A stretch of 48,053 nt of DNA from a virus (taxonomy: Duplodnaviria; Caudoviricetes). The stretch's first letter is position 1. Each line of letters starts with the position of its first letter. The notes beneath the pieces were generated by a model that saw only the letters and a list, made by a program, of their open reading frames with translations, did not search any database and was not told the origin of the DNA. Position numbers and translations under genes: made by a program. Location: IMG/VR virus record IMGVR_UViG_3300017766_002093, positions 1 through 48,053 of that record; one strand, written 5' to 3'. This document shows, one piece after another, positions 9,205 to 16,680 of this stretch.

Positions 9205-9774
9205 TTAGTTGTGCGTCGGTATGTCAGGTACAACATGCACCGGCCATGCCTGCCCCTTCGTTAATTTTTTAGCATATACGTTAGCGATTTTCTCGGAGAA
9301 AAACCCTTTAGCCGCTACTCTATGCGATTGCGTATACTGGTCGACATACTGCACCACATGCACCGTCAAATTTCCTCCCGCCTCAGCACAGCCCTGCCAC
9401 AGCAGGGACAGATTTGTCTGGGTTTCGGCGGTCTCCGCGCTCGGCTCAGTGTTGATTGCAATACCCGGTGCTTCTTCGCTGCTGCGTATTGCGTCATCCC
9501 CATTGCTATATCCATCAACGCCGCTTCTGTCGCCGCGCTCCGTTTTCTCGCCATTATTAGTACGCTCCTTTTTGAAAACTATGTTTAGTACCACCGTAGC
9601 CAGTTGCTCACAATCGCTATAGTTACGCGTACGGTACCACTGTTGCGGTAACGGGTGCTCTATAAAACCCTGGTCGATCTCCTCTAGCAGCGCCGTACCC
9701 TCTGGCTGTTGTCGTAGTCTGAACGGGGTCCTAACACCAAATAGGTATACCTCGTCGTTTCTCAGTTGTAACAT
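9205..9774 (-). CDS. Hypothetical protein (possible read-through of two genes; internal TTG start at 9369)
   Basis: AGGAG RBS before ATG 9774; second GGAGG RBS before in-frame TTG 9369. Confidence 0.55.
   Translation of the reverse strand: MLQLRNDEVYLFGVRTPFRLRQQPEGTALLEEIDQGFIEHPLPQQWYRTRNYSDCEQLATVVLNIVFKKERTNNGEKTERGDRSGVDGYSNGDDAIRSSEEAPGIAINTEPSAETAETQTNLSLLWQGCAEAGGNLTVHVVQYVDQYTQSHRVAAKGFFSEKIANVYAKKLTKGQAWPVHVVPDIPTHN
9366..9554 (-). CDS. Small HTH protein with a CPCCG zinc knuckle
   Basis: AAGGAG RBS; GMTQYAAAKKHRVLQSTLSRA HTH pattern; nested in another frame of 9205..9774. Confidence 0.75.
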   Translation of the reverse strand: MARKRSAATEAALMDIAMGMTQYAAAKKHRVLQSTLSRARRPPKPRQICPCCGRAVLRREEI

Positions 9775-9854
9775 TGCCTCACTCCTGTAAATTTAATATA
9801 AACGTATCTGTATCCCCCAGCGAGATAACGTAACACCGAGCGCGTTTATGTTAT

Positions 9855-10262
9855 TTAGGTTCGCACCCTCTCTAGGTTCGCACCCTCTAGGTTCACACCC
9901 TCTAGGTTTGTGTAATGTAGGTTCGCACCCGTTAGGTTCGCACCCTTTAGGTTCGCACCCTTTAGGTTCGCACCCGTTAGGTTCGCACTCTCTAGGTTCG
10001 CACTCTCTAGGTTCGCACTCTCTAGGTTCGCACTCTCTAGGTTCGCACTCTCTAGGTTCGCACTCTCTAGGTTCGCGCCCCGCAGATTAACACCATGTAG
10101 CCTCGCACCCCTGAGGCTCGCGCCCGTTAGGTTCGCTCCTCGTAGCCACGCGCCCGTTAGATCCGCATATTCTAGGTTCACACCTGCCAGAAACACCCCG
10201 GCCAGTGTATCGCTTGGTATCTCTAGCATTATCTCGCCGTCTAATCCTCGTATATCGAGCAT
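9855..10262 (-). CDS. Pentapeptide-repeat protein 1 (C-terminus frameshifted by a 2-bp insertion)
   Basis: A(N/D)LxG/S repeats; GGAGGAG RBS; one 17-bp unit near 9858-9874 in place of the 15-bp unit. Confidence 0.9.
   Translation of the reverse strand: MLDIRGLDGEIMLEIPSDTLAGVFLAGVNLEYADLTGAWLRGANLTGASLRGARLHGVNLRGANLESANLESANLESANLESANLESANLESANLTGANLKGANLKGANLTGANLHYTNLEGVNLEGANLERVRT
9981..10070. repeat. Six perfect 15-bp tandem copies (GTTCGCACTCTCTAG) encoding ANLES
   Basis: Read directly from the sequence. Confidence 0.95.
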
Positions 10263-10285
10263 TTTTACTCCTCCAAATTAAACCC

Positions 10286-10313
10286 CCGGATTACGCGCCG
10301 TGGAATCGCGTGT
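10286..10313. repeat. 28-bp hairpin direct repeat, copy 1
   Basis: CCGGATTACGCGCCGTGGAATCGCGTGT; 25/28 identical to 10522-10549. Confidence 0.9.
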
Positions 10314-10327
10314 TGTTTGCTAACAAG

Positions 10328-10509
10328 TGAAGCGGGCTGGGCTTGATACCAGCTACGGCATGGGCTTGCCGCAATCGACGGACTCGAACCGCCACAGCGA
10401 ATGAATCTACCCGCTACTTTCAGATAGTCGCTCCCTAGAAAAGCGTAGTTCCCGATTTCACCCCAAATCGCCTAAACCCTAACCACACGTCCTTTCGTGC
10501 TGCCGCTTC
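10328..10509 (-). ncRNA. tRNA-like RNA (~182 nt) with an expanded multi-hairpin insert
   Basis: Acceptor GAAGCGG/CCGCTTC+A, D-like arm GCAC-GAAAGGAC-GTGT, T-like arm GCTGG-TATCAAGC-CCAGC, plus an internal GGCGG-TTCGAGT-CCGTC arm. Confidence 0.65.
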
Positions 10510-10521
10510 CTTCTTAGCTCT

Positions 10522-10549
10522 CCGGATTGCGCGCCGGGGAATCGCGCGT
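10522..10549. repeat. 28-bp hairpin direct repeat, copy 2
   Basis: CCGGATTGCGCGCCGGGGAATCGCGCGT. Confidence 0.9.
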
Positions 10550-10580
10550 ATCAGCCAACAAAACACTTAAAAATCAGCAC

Positions 10581-10766
10581 TTATTTTCTAAGGTCCCTTA
10601 CGTCCGCACAAATATCACCACGATACGTTCGTATCATCAAACCGCCAAGCGCCCTGCACTCGAGGTCTTGTTCCCTTTTTTTGTCGTTCACATTGGTAAT
10701 TAGATACGCGAGTAATGCAGCGGTTATGAGACCTACAACCAGAATAAGTTTTTGATCGCTATTCAT
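10581..10766 (-). CDS. Small membrane-anchored protein
   Basis: GGAGGG RBS; N-terminal TM helix; two Cys (CRALGG..C). Confidence 0.75.
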   Translation of the reverse strand: MNSDQKLILVVGLITAALLAYLITNVNDKKREQDLECRALGGLMIRTYRGDICADVRDLRK

Positions 10767-10781
10767 TTTCTAAACCCTCCA

Positions 10782-11684
10782 TCAAGATAGGTCCGCGCCC
10801 TCTAGGTTCGCGCCCGTTAGGTTCGCGTACTCTAGATCTGCGCCCGTTAGGTTCGCGTACTCTAGATCTGCGCCCGTTAGGTTCGCGCCCTCTAGGTTCG
10901 CGTCTGTTAGGCTCGCGCCCGTTAGGTTCGCGCCCTCTAGGCTCGCGTACTCTAGGTTCGCGCCCGTTAGGTTCGCGCCCGTTAGGTTCGCGCCCTCTAG
11001 GCTCGCGTACTCTAGGTTCGCTTCCCGGAGGTTTGCGTACCGTAGTTTCGCGCCCTCTAGGTTCGCGCGTTCTAGGTTCGCGCCCTCTAGGTTCGCGCCC
11101 TCCATGTTAACGCCCCATAAAAAAGCGCCCTCTAGGTTCGCACCTCGCAGGTCGGCGCCATTTAGGTGCACGTCCCCTAGGTTCGCGCCCTCTAGGTCCG
11201 CGCCCTCTAGGTTCGCGCCCGTTAGGTTCGCGTACTCTAGATCTGCGCTAGATAGGTTCGCTTCCCGGAGGTTTGCGTCTGTTAGGCTCGCGCCCGTTAG
11301 GTTCGCGCCCGTTAGGTTCGCGCCCCGTAGATTCACACCCGATACGTTCGCGTTCCATAGTTTAGCGCGTCCTAGGTTCGCGCCCTCTAGGTTCACACCC
11401 ACCATGTACGTGTTTACTAGGTTCGCACCAAATAGGTTCGCACCTCGCAGGTCGGCACCATTTAGGTTCACGCCCGTTAGGTTCGCACCAAATAGGTTCG
11501 CACCTCGCAGGTCCGCGCCCTCTAGTTTCACATTCCACAGGTTCGCGCCCTGTATATCCGCACCCGTTAGTTTAGCGTTCTCTAGATCCGCGCTAGATAG
11601 GTTCGCGCACCGTAGATTCGCCCCATTTAGCGTATCGCCTGGGACCTCTAGCAATACGACGCCGTATATATCTCGTATTTCCAC
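10782..11684 (-). CDS. Pentapeptide-repeat protein 2
   Basis: Almost entirely A(N/D/S)LxG repeats after a 19-aa leader. Confidence 0.93.
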   Translation of the reverse strand: MEIRDIYGVVLLEVPGDTLNGANLRCANLSSADLENAKLTGADIQGANLWNVKLEGADLRGANLFGANLTGVNLNGADLRGANLFGANLVNTYMVGVNLEGANLGRAKLWNANVSGVNLRGANLTGANLTGASLTDANLREANLSSADLEYANLTGANLEGADLEGANLGDVHLNGADLRGANLEGAFLWGVNMEGANLEGANLERANLEGAKLRYANLREANLEYASLEGANLTGANLTGANLEYASLEGANLTGASLTDANLEGANLTGADLEYANLTGADLEYANLTGANLEGADLS

Positions 11685-11685
11685 G

Positions 11686-12354
11686 TTAGATTTCCCTGTA
11701 GGTAGCGTCTGTTAGGTTCACGCCCGTTAGGTTCGCACCAAATAGGTTCGCACCTCGCAGGTCGGCACCATTTAGGTTCACGCCCGTTAGGTTCGCACCA
11801 AATAGGTTCGCACCTCGCAGGTCCGCGCCCTCTAGGTTCGCGCCCGTTAGGTTCGCGCCCTCTAGGTTCGCCTGGGCTAGGTCGGCGCTCTGTAGGTCCG
11901 CGCCCCGTAGGTCCGTGCGCTTCAGAGTAGCACCCACTAGCCTCACGTTACGCAGGTGCGCATATCGTAACCTCGCGCCTCCTAGGGTCACATCACGTAG
12001 ATCCGCGTAATCTAGGCGCGCGCCCGTTAGGTTCGCGCCCTTTAGGCTCGCGTACTCTAGATCTGCGCCCGTTAGGTTCGCGCCCTTTAGGCTCGCGCCT
12101 ATTAGGTACGCGCCCTCTAGGTTCGCGCCCGTTAGGTTCGCCTCCCGGAGGTTCGCCTCCCGGAGGTTCGCTTCCCTTAGTTTCGCGTGACACAGGTACG
12201 CGCCGCGTAGGTTTGCGCCCGTTAGGTTCGCCTCCCGGAGGTTCGCCTCCCGGAGGTTCGCCTCCCGGAGGTTCGCGTTTTGTAGATCCGCACCAACCAA
12301 CGTATCGCCTGGGAAATCTAACAACTCCTCTCCGTTTATATTTCGTATCAGCAT
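11686..12354 (-). CDS. Pentapeptide-repeat protein 3
   Basis: AAGGAGGG RBS before ATG 12354; leader [19 protein letters not shown] is homologous to those of paralogs 1 and 2. Confidence 0.93.
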   Translation of the reverse strand: MLIRNINGEELLDFPGDTLVGADLQNANLREANLREANLREANLTGANLRGAYLCHAKLREANLREANLREANLTGANLEGAYLIGASLKGANLTGADLEYASLKGANLTGARLDYADLRDVTLGGARLRYAHLRNVRLVGATLKRTDLRGADLQSADLAQANLEGANLTGANLEGADLRGANLFGANLTGVNLNGADLRGANLFGANLTGVNLTDATYREI

Positions 12355-12423
12355 CTCACCCTCCTTTGTAAAATTGTGCCCGTTAGGTTCACCCAACCAA
12401 CGTATATGCTCGACATCCTCATC

Positions 12424-12708
12424 TCAGACGCCAGGGTATTTAGTGCCCTCTACCTCCGGTGGGAGCGTGTCGTCGTGCCGCGCCAGAATCTTCGCCGCGA
12501 GCGCAGCCTCCACACCAGAGCGCCATTCTCCCTCTGTGATCCCCCAGTCCTCACAGTCGGCAGGAATCGCGGGTCCTTGTAGCACCTCCCGCAGATCCGA
12601 CTCCGAGAGGTCGTTAAAACACGCCTCCGCAAATCCTGTTAAGGGGACCCGTAACCACCCATAATTGTTCGGGCGTCCATATTTTTCACACAATTCTCTA
12701 TCAGTCAT
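12424..12708 (-). CDS. Acidic hypothetical protein, first gene of the early leftward operon
   Basis: AGGAGAG RBS directly downstream of the tandem promoters. Confidence 0.8.
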   Translation of the reverse strand: MTDRELCEKYGRPNNYGWLRVPLTGFAEACFNDLSESDLREVLQGPAIPADCEDWGITEGEWRSGVEAALAAKILARHDDTLPPEVEGTKYPGV

Positions 12709-12740
12709 TTTTTCTCTCCTAGAAATTTAATTGAAATTGC

Positions 12741-12769
12741 ATAATACGCTAGTTAAATTTTAATTGCAA
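12741..12769 (-). promoter_or_regulatory. Leftward sigma70-like early promoter
   Basis: TTGCAA-TTAAAATTTAACTAGCG(17)-TATTAT. Confidence 0.8.
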
Positions 12770-12789
12770 GCAACGCCTAGCGAAATCGG

Positions 12790-12818
12790 ATAATACACTG
12801 GTTAAATTTTAATTGCAA
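12790..12818 (-). promoter_or_regulatory. Leftward sigma70-like early promoter (tandem copy)
   Basis: TTGCAA-TTAAAATTTAACCAGTG(17)-TATTAT. Confidence 0.8.
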
Positions 12819-12967
12819 GCATTTTTTTTGCGGCGATTTGAGGCGTTGGAGATCCGGAGGGTATCCGTTAGTATGTTTTTCTCTAAAAAATCGATCCTGC
12901 GCGATCCTGGCGCGGATTGGACGCCCATTTGAGTCCTATTTTTAACCCAGAGTAGCGAAAACGTCCC

Positions 12968-13051
12968 TCGCGTACGCGACACGCGTGCGCGCGCGCGCAC
13001 TCGCGCTCGTAGAGGGGGTCTCTCCTAAAGAGAGTACCCCCACTACTCTAC
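12968..13051. other. Palindrome/hairpin cluster (candidate origin or packaging site)
   Basis: Palindromes TCGCGTACGCGA and GTGCGCGCGCGCGCAC; long hairpin GGGGGTCTCTC-CTAAA-GAGAGTACCCCC. Confidence 0.4.
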
Positions 13052-13124
13052 ACGGAAGCACCCCCTGGAGGGGAGCCTCCGCATAGAGGACGCGCGAGAC
13101 CCACCCCACCTAAAACGAAATAAT

Positions 13125-13153
13125 TTGCATATTTTTTTGGATAGGAGTATGCT
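13125..13153 (+). promoter_or_regulatory. Rightward sigma70-like promoter
   Basis: TTGCAT-17 bp-TATGCT upstream of 13183. Confidence 0.6.
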
Positions 13154-13182
13154 AGTTTTTCGATTAACACAAGGGGCAAAAA

Positions 13183-13998
13183 ATGTTATACAAGTACAGA
13201 TTGAGTAATCCTGAGGCAATTGGGGTGTACTATGCCCCAATAGAGTTGGCACCTGACGCTATAAACGCTGTTATGCTGACGCACGCCGCTCGCACGGTGG
13301 ATGTGACGCCGCTTACGGAGGTGTTGCGGGTAGAGGAATATCCCGACGCCCCGCGCGTGGAGTTGTATTTCGTTACACCCGGCGGATTTATAACCACGCA
13401 CCAGGGCACTACGGCCATGGAGCTCATGCTCGATGCGATTTTTATCGCGGGAGGAGCACCTGAATCTATCGTGTTCCTCGGTAGCCGGGCGAGTGGGCTG
13501 CCCAAAATTGTGCAGACACGATCGGAGGTGCTGAAACCCGGCGCTACCGCGATTCTGCGCAGGCTCGTTAAGGAAGAGAGCCTCCTCGCCACGGACATAA
13601 TACAAAAAACCCCCGTCGGGGAGGTCGTGTCCCCACGTAACAACGAGATCGCCCTGCGAGGATTAGCGCGCAGGGGTTTGGTCGAGGTTACCTCGGCGGG
13701 TGTTACGCTGACGATGGATGGGCATTTGATAGCGCAGGACCTACCTACGCTAAAAGAGCCGGACATCCCGAGCGCGACTCGTTCCCGCCGTTTTAGTAAA
13801 ACGGAGCAGCACATCCTCGATGCTCTCAAGAGCACGGACGGCTCGTTCAGACCTCGCCTGCGGGGTGATGTGATCGAGGACGTTTATCTGCGCCAGGGAC
13901 ACAAAGCGGACCACGGCAGCCGGATCTCGGTTACCATAGACGGGCTGGTTGCGGCTGGCGTGGTGAGTACCGGGGTAAGTGGGTATTTGTTTTTATAG
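13183..13998 (+). CDS. Hypothetical protein, possible winged-helix domains
   Basis: 271-aa ORF with AAGGGG RBS; LRGLARRGLVEV and IDGLVAAGVV wHTH-like ends. Confidence 0.7.
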   Translation: MLYKYRLSNPEAIGVYYAPIELAPDAINAVMLTHAARTVDVTPLTEVLRVEEYPDAPRVELYFVTPGGFITTHQGTTAMELMLDAIFIAGGAPESIVFLGSRASGLPKIVQTRSEVLKPGATAILRRLVKEESLLATDIIQKTPVGEVVSPRNNEIALRGLARRGLVEVTSAGVTLTMDGHLIAQDLPTLKEPDIPSATRSRRFSKTEQHILDALKSTDGSFRPRLRGDVIEDVYLRQGHKADHGSRISVTIDGLVAAGVVSTGVSGYLFL

Positions 13999-14045
13999 TG
14001 GTTTTTAATTGTTGTATAATTTCAATATATTATAGGAGAAAAATT

Positions 14046-14318
14046 GTGGACAACTGGGATTACGATTGCGCAGAAAGTATATTGTTCGAGCTAACTGGAA
14101 CGACAACACCGACGCATGAGGACGTGAAACAGTATGGTCTCGGTGATATAGCGGGGGAACTGGTTGGTCGAGGAGTCACGTTTACTCATACTGTGACCAT
14201 GATCGTCGCAGGGGGCGAACCGACCGCGATAATGGAAATTTACGAGTTTCCGGACGATTCGAGTTTTATTATCGAGAGGGGGCCCTCCGATTTTAATTTT
14301 TCAGGAGAATTACAATGA
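14046..14318 (+). CDS. Acidic hypothetical protein
   Basis: AGGAGA RBS before GTG 14046. Confidence 0.65.
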   Translation: MDNWDYDCAESILFELTGTTTPTHEDVKQYGLGDIAGELVGRGVTFTHTVTMIVAGGEPTAIMEIYEFPDDSSFIIERGPSDFNFSGELQ

Positions 14319-14539
14319 GGTTAGAGATACCTGACATAAAATATATAGCGCAGGACGCCAACGGTAGGGTGTTCGGATACACTGCGGAACCTACTCACCA
14401 GGATTACGGCGCATTCCACGCAACCGGCCACGTAACCGTACTGGCCCACGGACGGTGCAATCCAGATTGGGGGAGCACGCTGGTGTGCCTGGAATCCGAT
14501 TCGTACGATTACGACGATGGTATATTGAAACGGCTCTAA
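14315..14539 (+). CDS. Hypothetical phage protein
   Basis: AGGAGA RBS, ATGA overlap, YIAQDANGRVFGYTAEP pattern. Confidence 0.75.
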   Translation: MRLEIPDIKYIAQDANGRVFGYTAEPTHQDYGAFHATGHVTVLAHGRCNPDWGSTLVCLESDSYDYDDGILKRL

Positions 14540-14578
14540 AAACTTGACTATTTCGTCCATGTGTGATCCAATCCGCGC

Positions 14579-15151
14579 ATGGACGATTTTGAAAAATTTT
14601 TCACTAGAAACCCTCCCGATCTGTCGCAGGCTGAGCAGATTTGGATTGAGGAGTACATCGCTACAGGGTCCGAGGAAATGGCAGCGTTCAAAGCCGGCGA
14701 CATTTTCCAGGAGACCCCACCATCGGCACGGTTCCACTACGAACTAAAACGCCGGAAGGAATACTATAAACTGGAGTCTGATAAGCGCCAGCGAATGATC
14801 TTTAACGAGATCGCGCGCTTGGCCTTCTTTGATCCTGCCAGGCTATACGACAAGCGGACCGGGAAAATGCGTGATATCCTGTCGATCGACGACGACACAC
14901 GAGCGGCCATCGCTGGCCTGGACGTTGAAGCGGACGAGGAGACAGGTAGAACCAAAACACGTATTAAACTAGCCGATAAACTCAAAGCGCTACAGCTGCT
15001 AGCGCAGAACGAAGAGCTCCTAAGAGAAACACTAACCGTCAAGCTCGAACTCAGCGACAAGGAGGCGGCCAGGCGCATAGCATTCGCCATGGCCAACGGC
15101 TTGCACGCGAGCGGCGATAATGCCGAAAATCCTAGCAACAGCAAAGAGTAA
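14579..15151 (+). CDS. terS: Terminase small subunit
   Basis: EIARLAFFDP..DDDTRAAIAGLDV..IKLADKLKALQLL pattern typical of the Terminase_2 family. Confidence 0.8.
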   Translation: MDDFEKFFTRNPPDLSQAEQIWIEEYIATGSEEMAAFKAGDIFQETPPSARFHYELKRRKEYYKLESDKRQRMIFNEIARLAFFDPARLYDKRTGKMRDILSIDDDTRAAIAGLDVEADEETGRTKTRIKLADKLKALQLLAQNEELLRETLTVKLELSDKEAARRIAFAMANGLHASGDNAENPSNSKE

Positions 15152-15175
15152 CTAGCATAAAGGAGATTCACAACC

Positions 15176-15994
15176 ATGTCACGCATTCTAACATCATTAC
15201 ACGGGCGCAAGCTCGGCATCGACCACCAAGGATTTGCCCTGTCACAGAAGGGATTTGTGGCGGGCGAACACGGTCGCCAGGTATCGCTACCGTCACCTAA
15301 CCGGGTGGCGTTTTTCGATGATTTCATAACCCTGGACACAAACCACTGGTTAGCCACTGAGGGTACGGACTCCGCGACTAGCGCCGCCGCGATACTGAGC
15401 GGCGGAATAGGCGGTGTACTACGACTCACAACCGGCGACGCTGGTACTGGCCTGGCCGCAGATACCGAACAGATCACGGGCACCGCGTTACAGTGGCAGG
15501 CGAGCAACGGCAATCTGGTGTTCGAGGCTCGGGTAAAACTGTCCGCGATCACTACCTGCTATGTGTTCCTCGGATTCACGGATACCGTAGCTGCTGCGCT
15601 AGAGGCTCCGATCATGTCGGCAGCGTCCGCTGATACCATCACGACCAACGCGGCAGATGCGGTCGGATTTGTATTCGATACTCGCATGTCTACGGATACC
15701 TGGTGGATCGCTGGGGTAGCGAACAACGTGGACGCGACGCACCAGAACACTACCTACGCACCGGTTGCTGACGACTACGAGACGTTCCGCATCGAGATCA
15801 CAACGGCAGGCGCGGCGGATTTCTACAGAAACGGTATACAGGTAGGTACTCGTATGTCCGGTGCTGTTACCGCTGGCGTGGATCTGACACCGCATATCAG
15901 CGTGAGCAAAACGTCCGTAGCAGCCTCAATGACTATGGACATTGACTACGTACATATCGCGATGGATCGCGCTGCTGACGGCGGCGCAGTATAA
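15176..15994 (+). CDS. Virion structural protein (beta-sandwich/lectin-like; possible head fibre)
   Basis: Strong RBS; A/T/G-rich; FFDDF...IDYVHI pattern; followed by a stable hairpin. Confidence 0.6.
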   Translation: MSRILTSLHGRKLGIDHQGFALSQKGFVAGEHGRQVSLPSPNRVAFFDDFITLDTNHWLATEGTDSATSAAAILSGGIGGVLRLTTGDAGTGLAADTEQITGTALQWQASNGNLVFEARVKLSAITTCYVFLGFTDTVAAALEAPIMSAASADTITTNAADAVGFVFDTRMSTDTWWIAGVANNVDATHQNTTYAPVADDYETFRIEITTAGAADFYRNGIQVGTRMSGAVTAGVDLTPHISVSKTSVAASMTMDIDYVHIAMDRAADGGAV

Positions 15995-16006
15995 TAATCC
16001 GGACAC

Positions 16007-16028
16007 TCGCGCCTCTTCGGAGGCGCGA
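16007..16028 (+). terminator. cUUCGg hairpin (terminator or mRNA stabiliser)
   Basis: TCGCGCCT-CTTCGG-AGGCGCGA; no U-tract. Confidence 0.5.
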
Positions 16029-16054
16029 TATGTATGACGCAATAGGAGAGATCC

Positions 16055-16351
16055 ATGGGACGAAGAGCAAAGCAGACAGAAGGCGAGCAGCCGGACGAGC
16101 AGCCGGACGAGGGCACCAGCCAGGCGCAAACGGAGCGCCGAGCGCTACGAATACGTGCGTATTTGGCTAGGCTGCTACGATACAAACAGCTACCGATCGG
16201 GCACGAGGGTCGCGACGATAAGATGGCCGCGTATACCGCGCTATTGTCGCAGGAGGACCCAGAGCGCTATGCGGAACTGCCCGACAACGTAGACGAGCTA
16301 CGGGCACTACTGCGCCGAGCGCATAACGAATACTTGGAGGTAAAATCATGA
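16055..16351 (+). CDS. Hypothetical protein
   Basis: AGGAGAG RBS; coupled to the next gene. Confidence 0.7.
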   Translation: MGRRAKQTEGEQPDEQPDEGTSQAQTERRALRIRAYLARLLRYKQLPIGHEGRDDKMAAYTALLSQEDPERYAELPDNVDELRALLRRAHNEYLEVKS

Positions 16352-16680
16352 GCGCGCATCCCGTATCGAGGGACGGTATACTGGAGGCGTTTCTATCTCC
16401 AGCAACCGCAGCAACACACACCCTGGTTGCCGCAGCAGGCACCGGTAATAAAATTCAGGTTATGGCTCTGGCCCTGGTCGCCGGAGGTGCGAACACCGTA
16501 ACCATGAAATCGGCAACGACAGCTATAGGCCCCGAGTGGGATCTGGCGGTTAATGGTGGACTGGTGCTACCCTATAATCCTAACGGGTGGTTCACCACCG
16601 CCGCGAACGAGGTACTGGCGGTAACACTCTCTGCGGCGCAGAAAGTGGGCGTTCACGTAATATATAGGTTAGTACGATGA
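16348..16680 (+). CDS. Small beta-rich putative virion protein
   Basis: GGAGG RBS, ATGA overlap, A/T/V/G-rich. Confidence 0.65.
   Translation: MSAHPVSRDGILEAFLSPATAATHTLVAAAGTGNKIQVMALALVAGGANTVTMKSATTAIGPEWDLAVNGGLVLPYNPNGWFTTAANEVLAVTLSAAQKVGVHVIYRLVR

Noticed and set aside
10328-10509. Canonical tRNA or tmRNA
   Set aside because: No 7-nt anticodon loop in the expected place, atypical T-loop, no Ala-type G-U acceptor pair, and too short for tmRNA
10286-10549. CRISPR mini-array or RNA anti-CRISPR from the two 28-bp repeats
   Set aside because: The 208-bp interval is far too long for a spacer, and the resemblance to type I repeats is weak
11104-11715. Plus-strand RFAP/SHPLG repeat ORFs (also 9848..10090)
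   Set aside because: Antisense shadows of the pentapeptide repeats
9855-12354. CRISPR array
   Set aside because: The repeats are contiguous, in-frame 15-bp coding units with no unique spacers, and there is no cas operon
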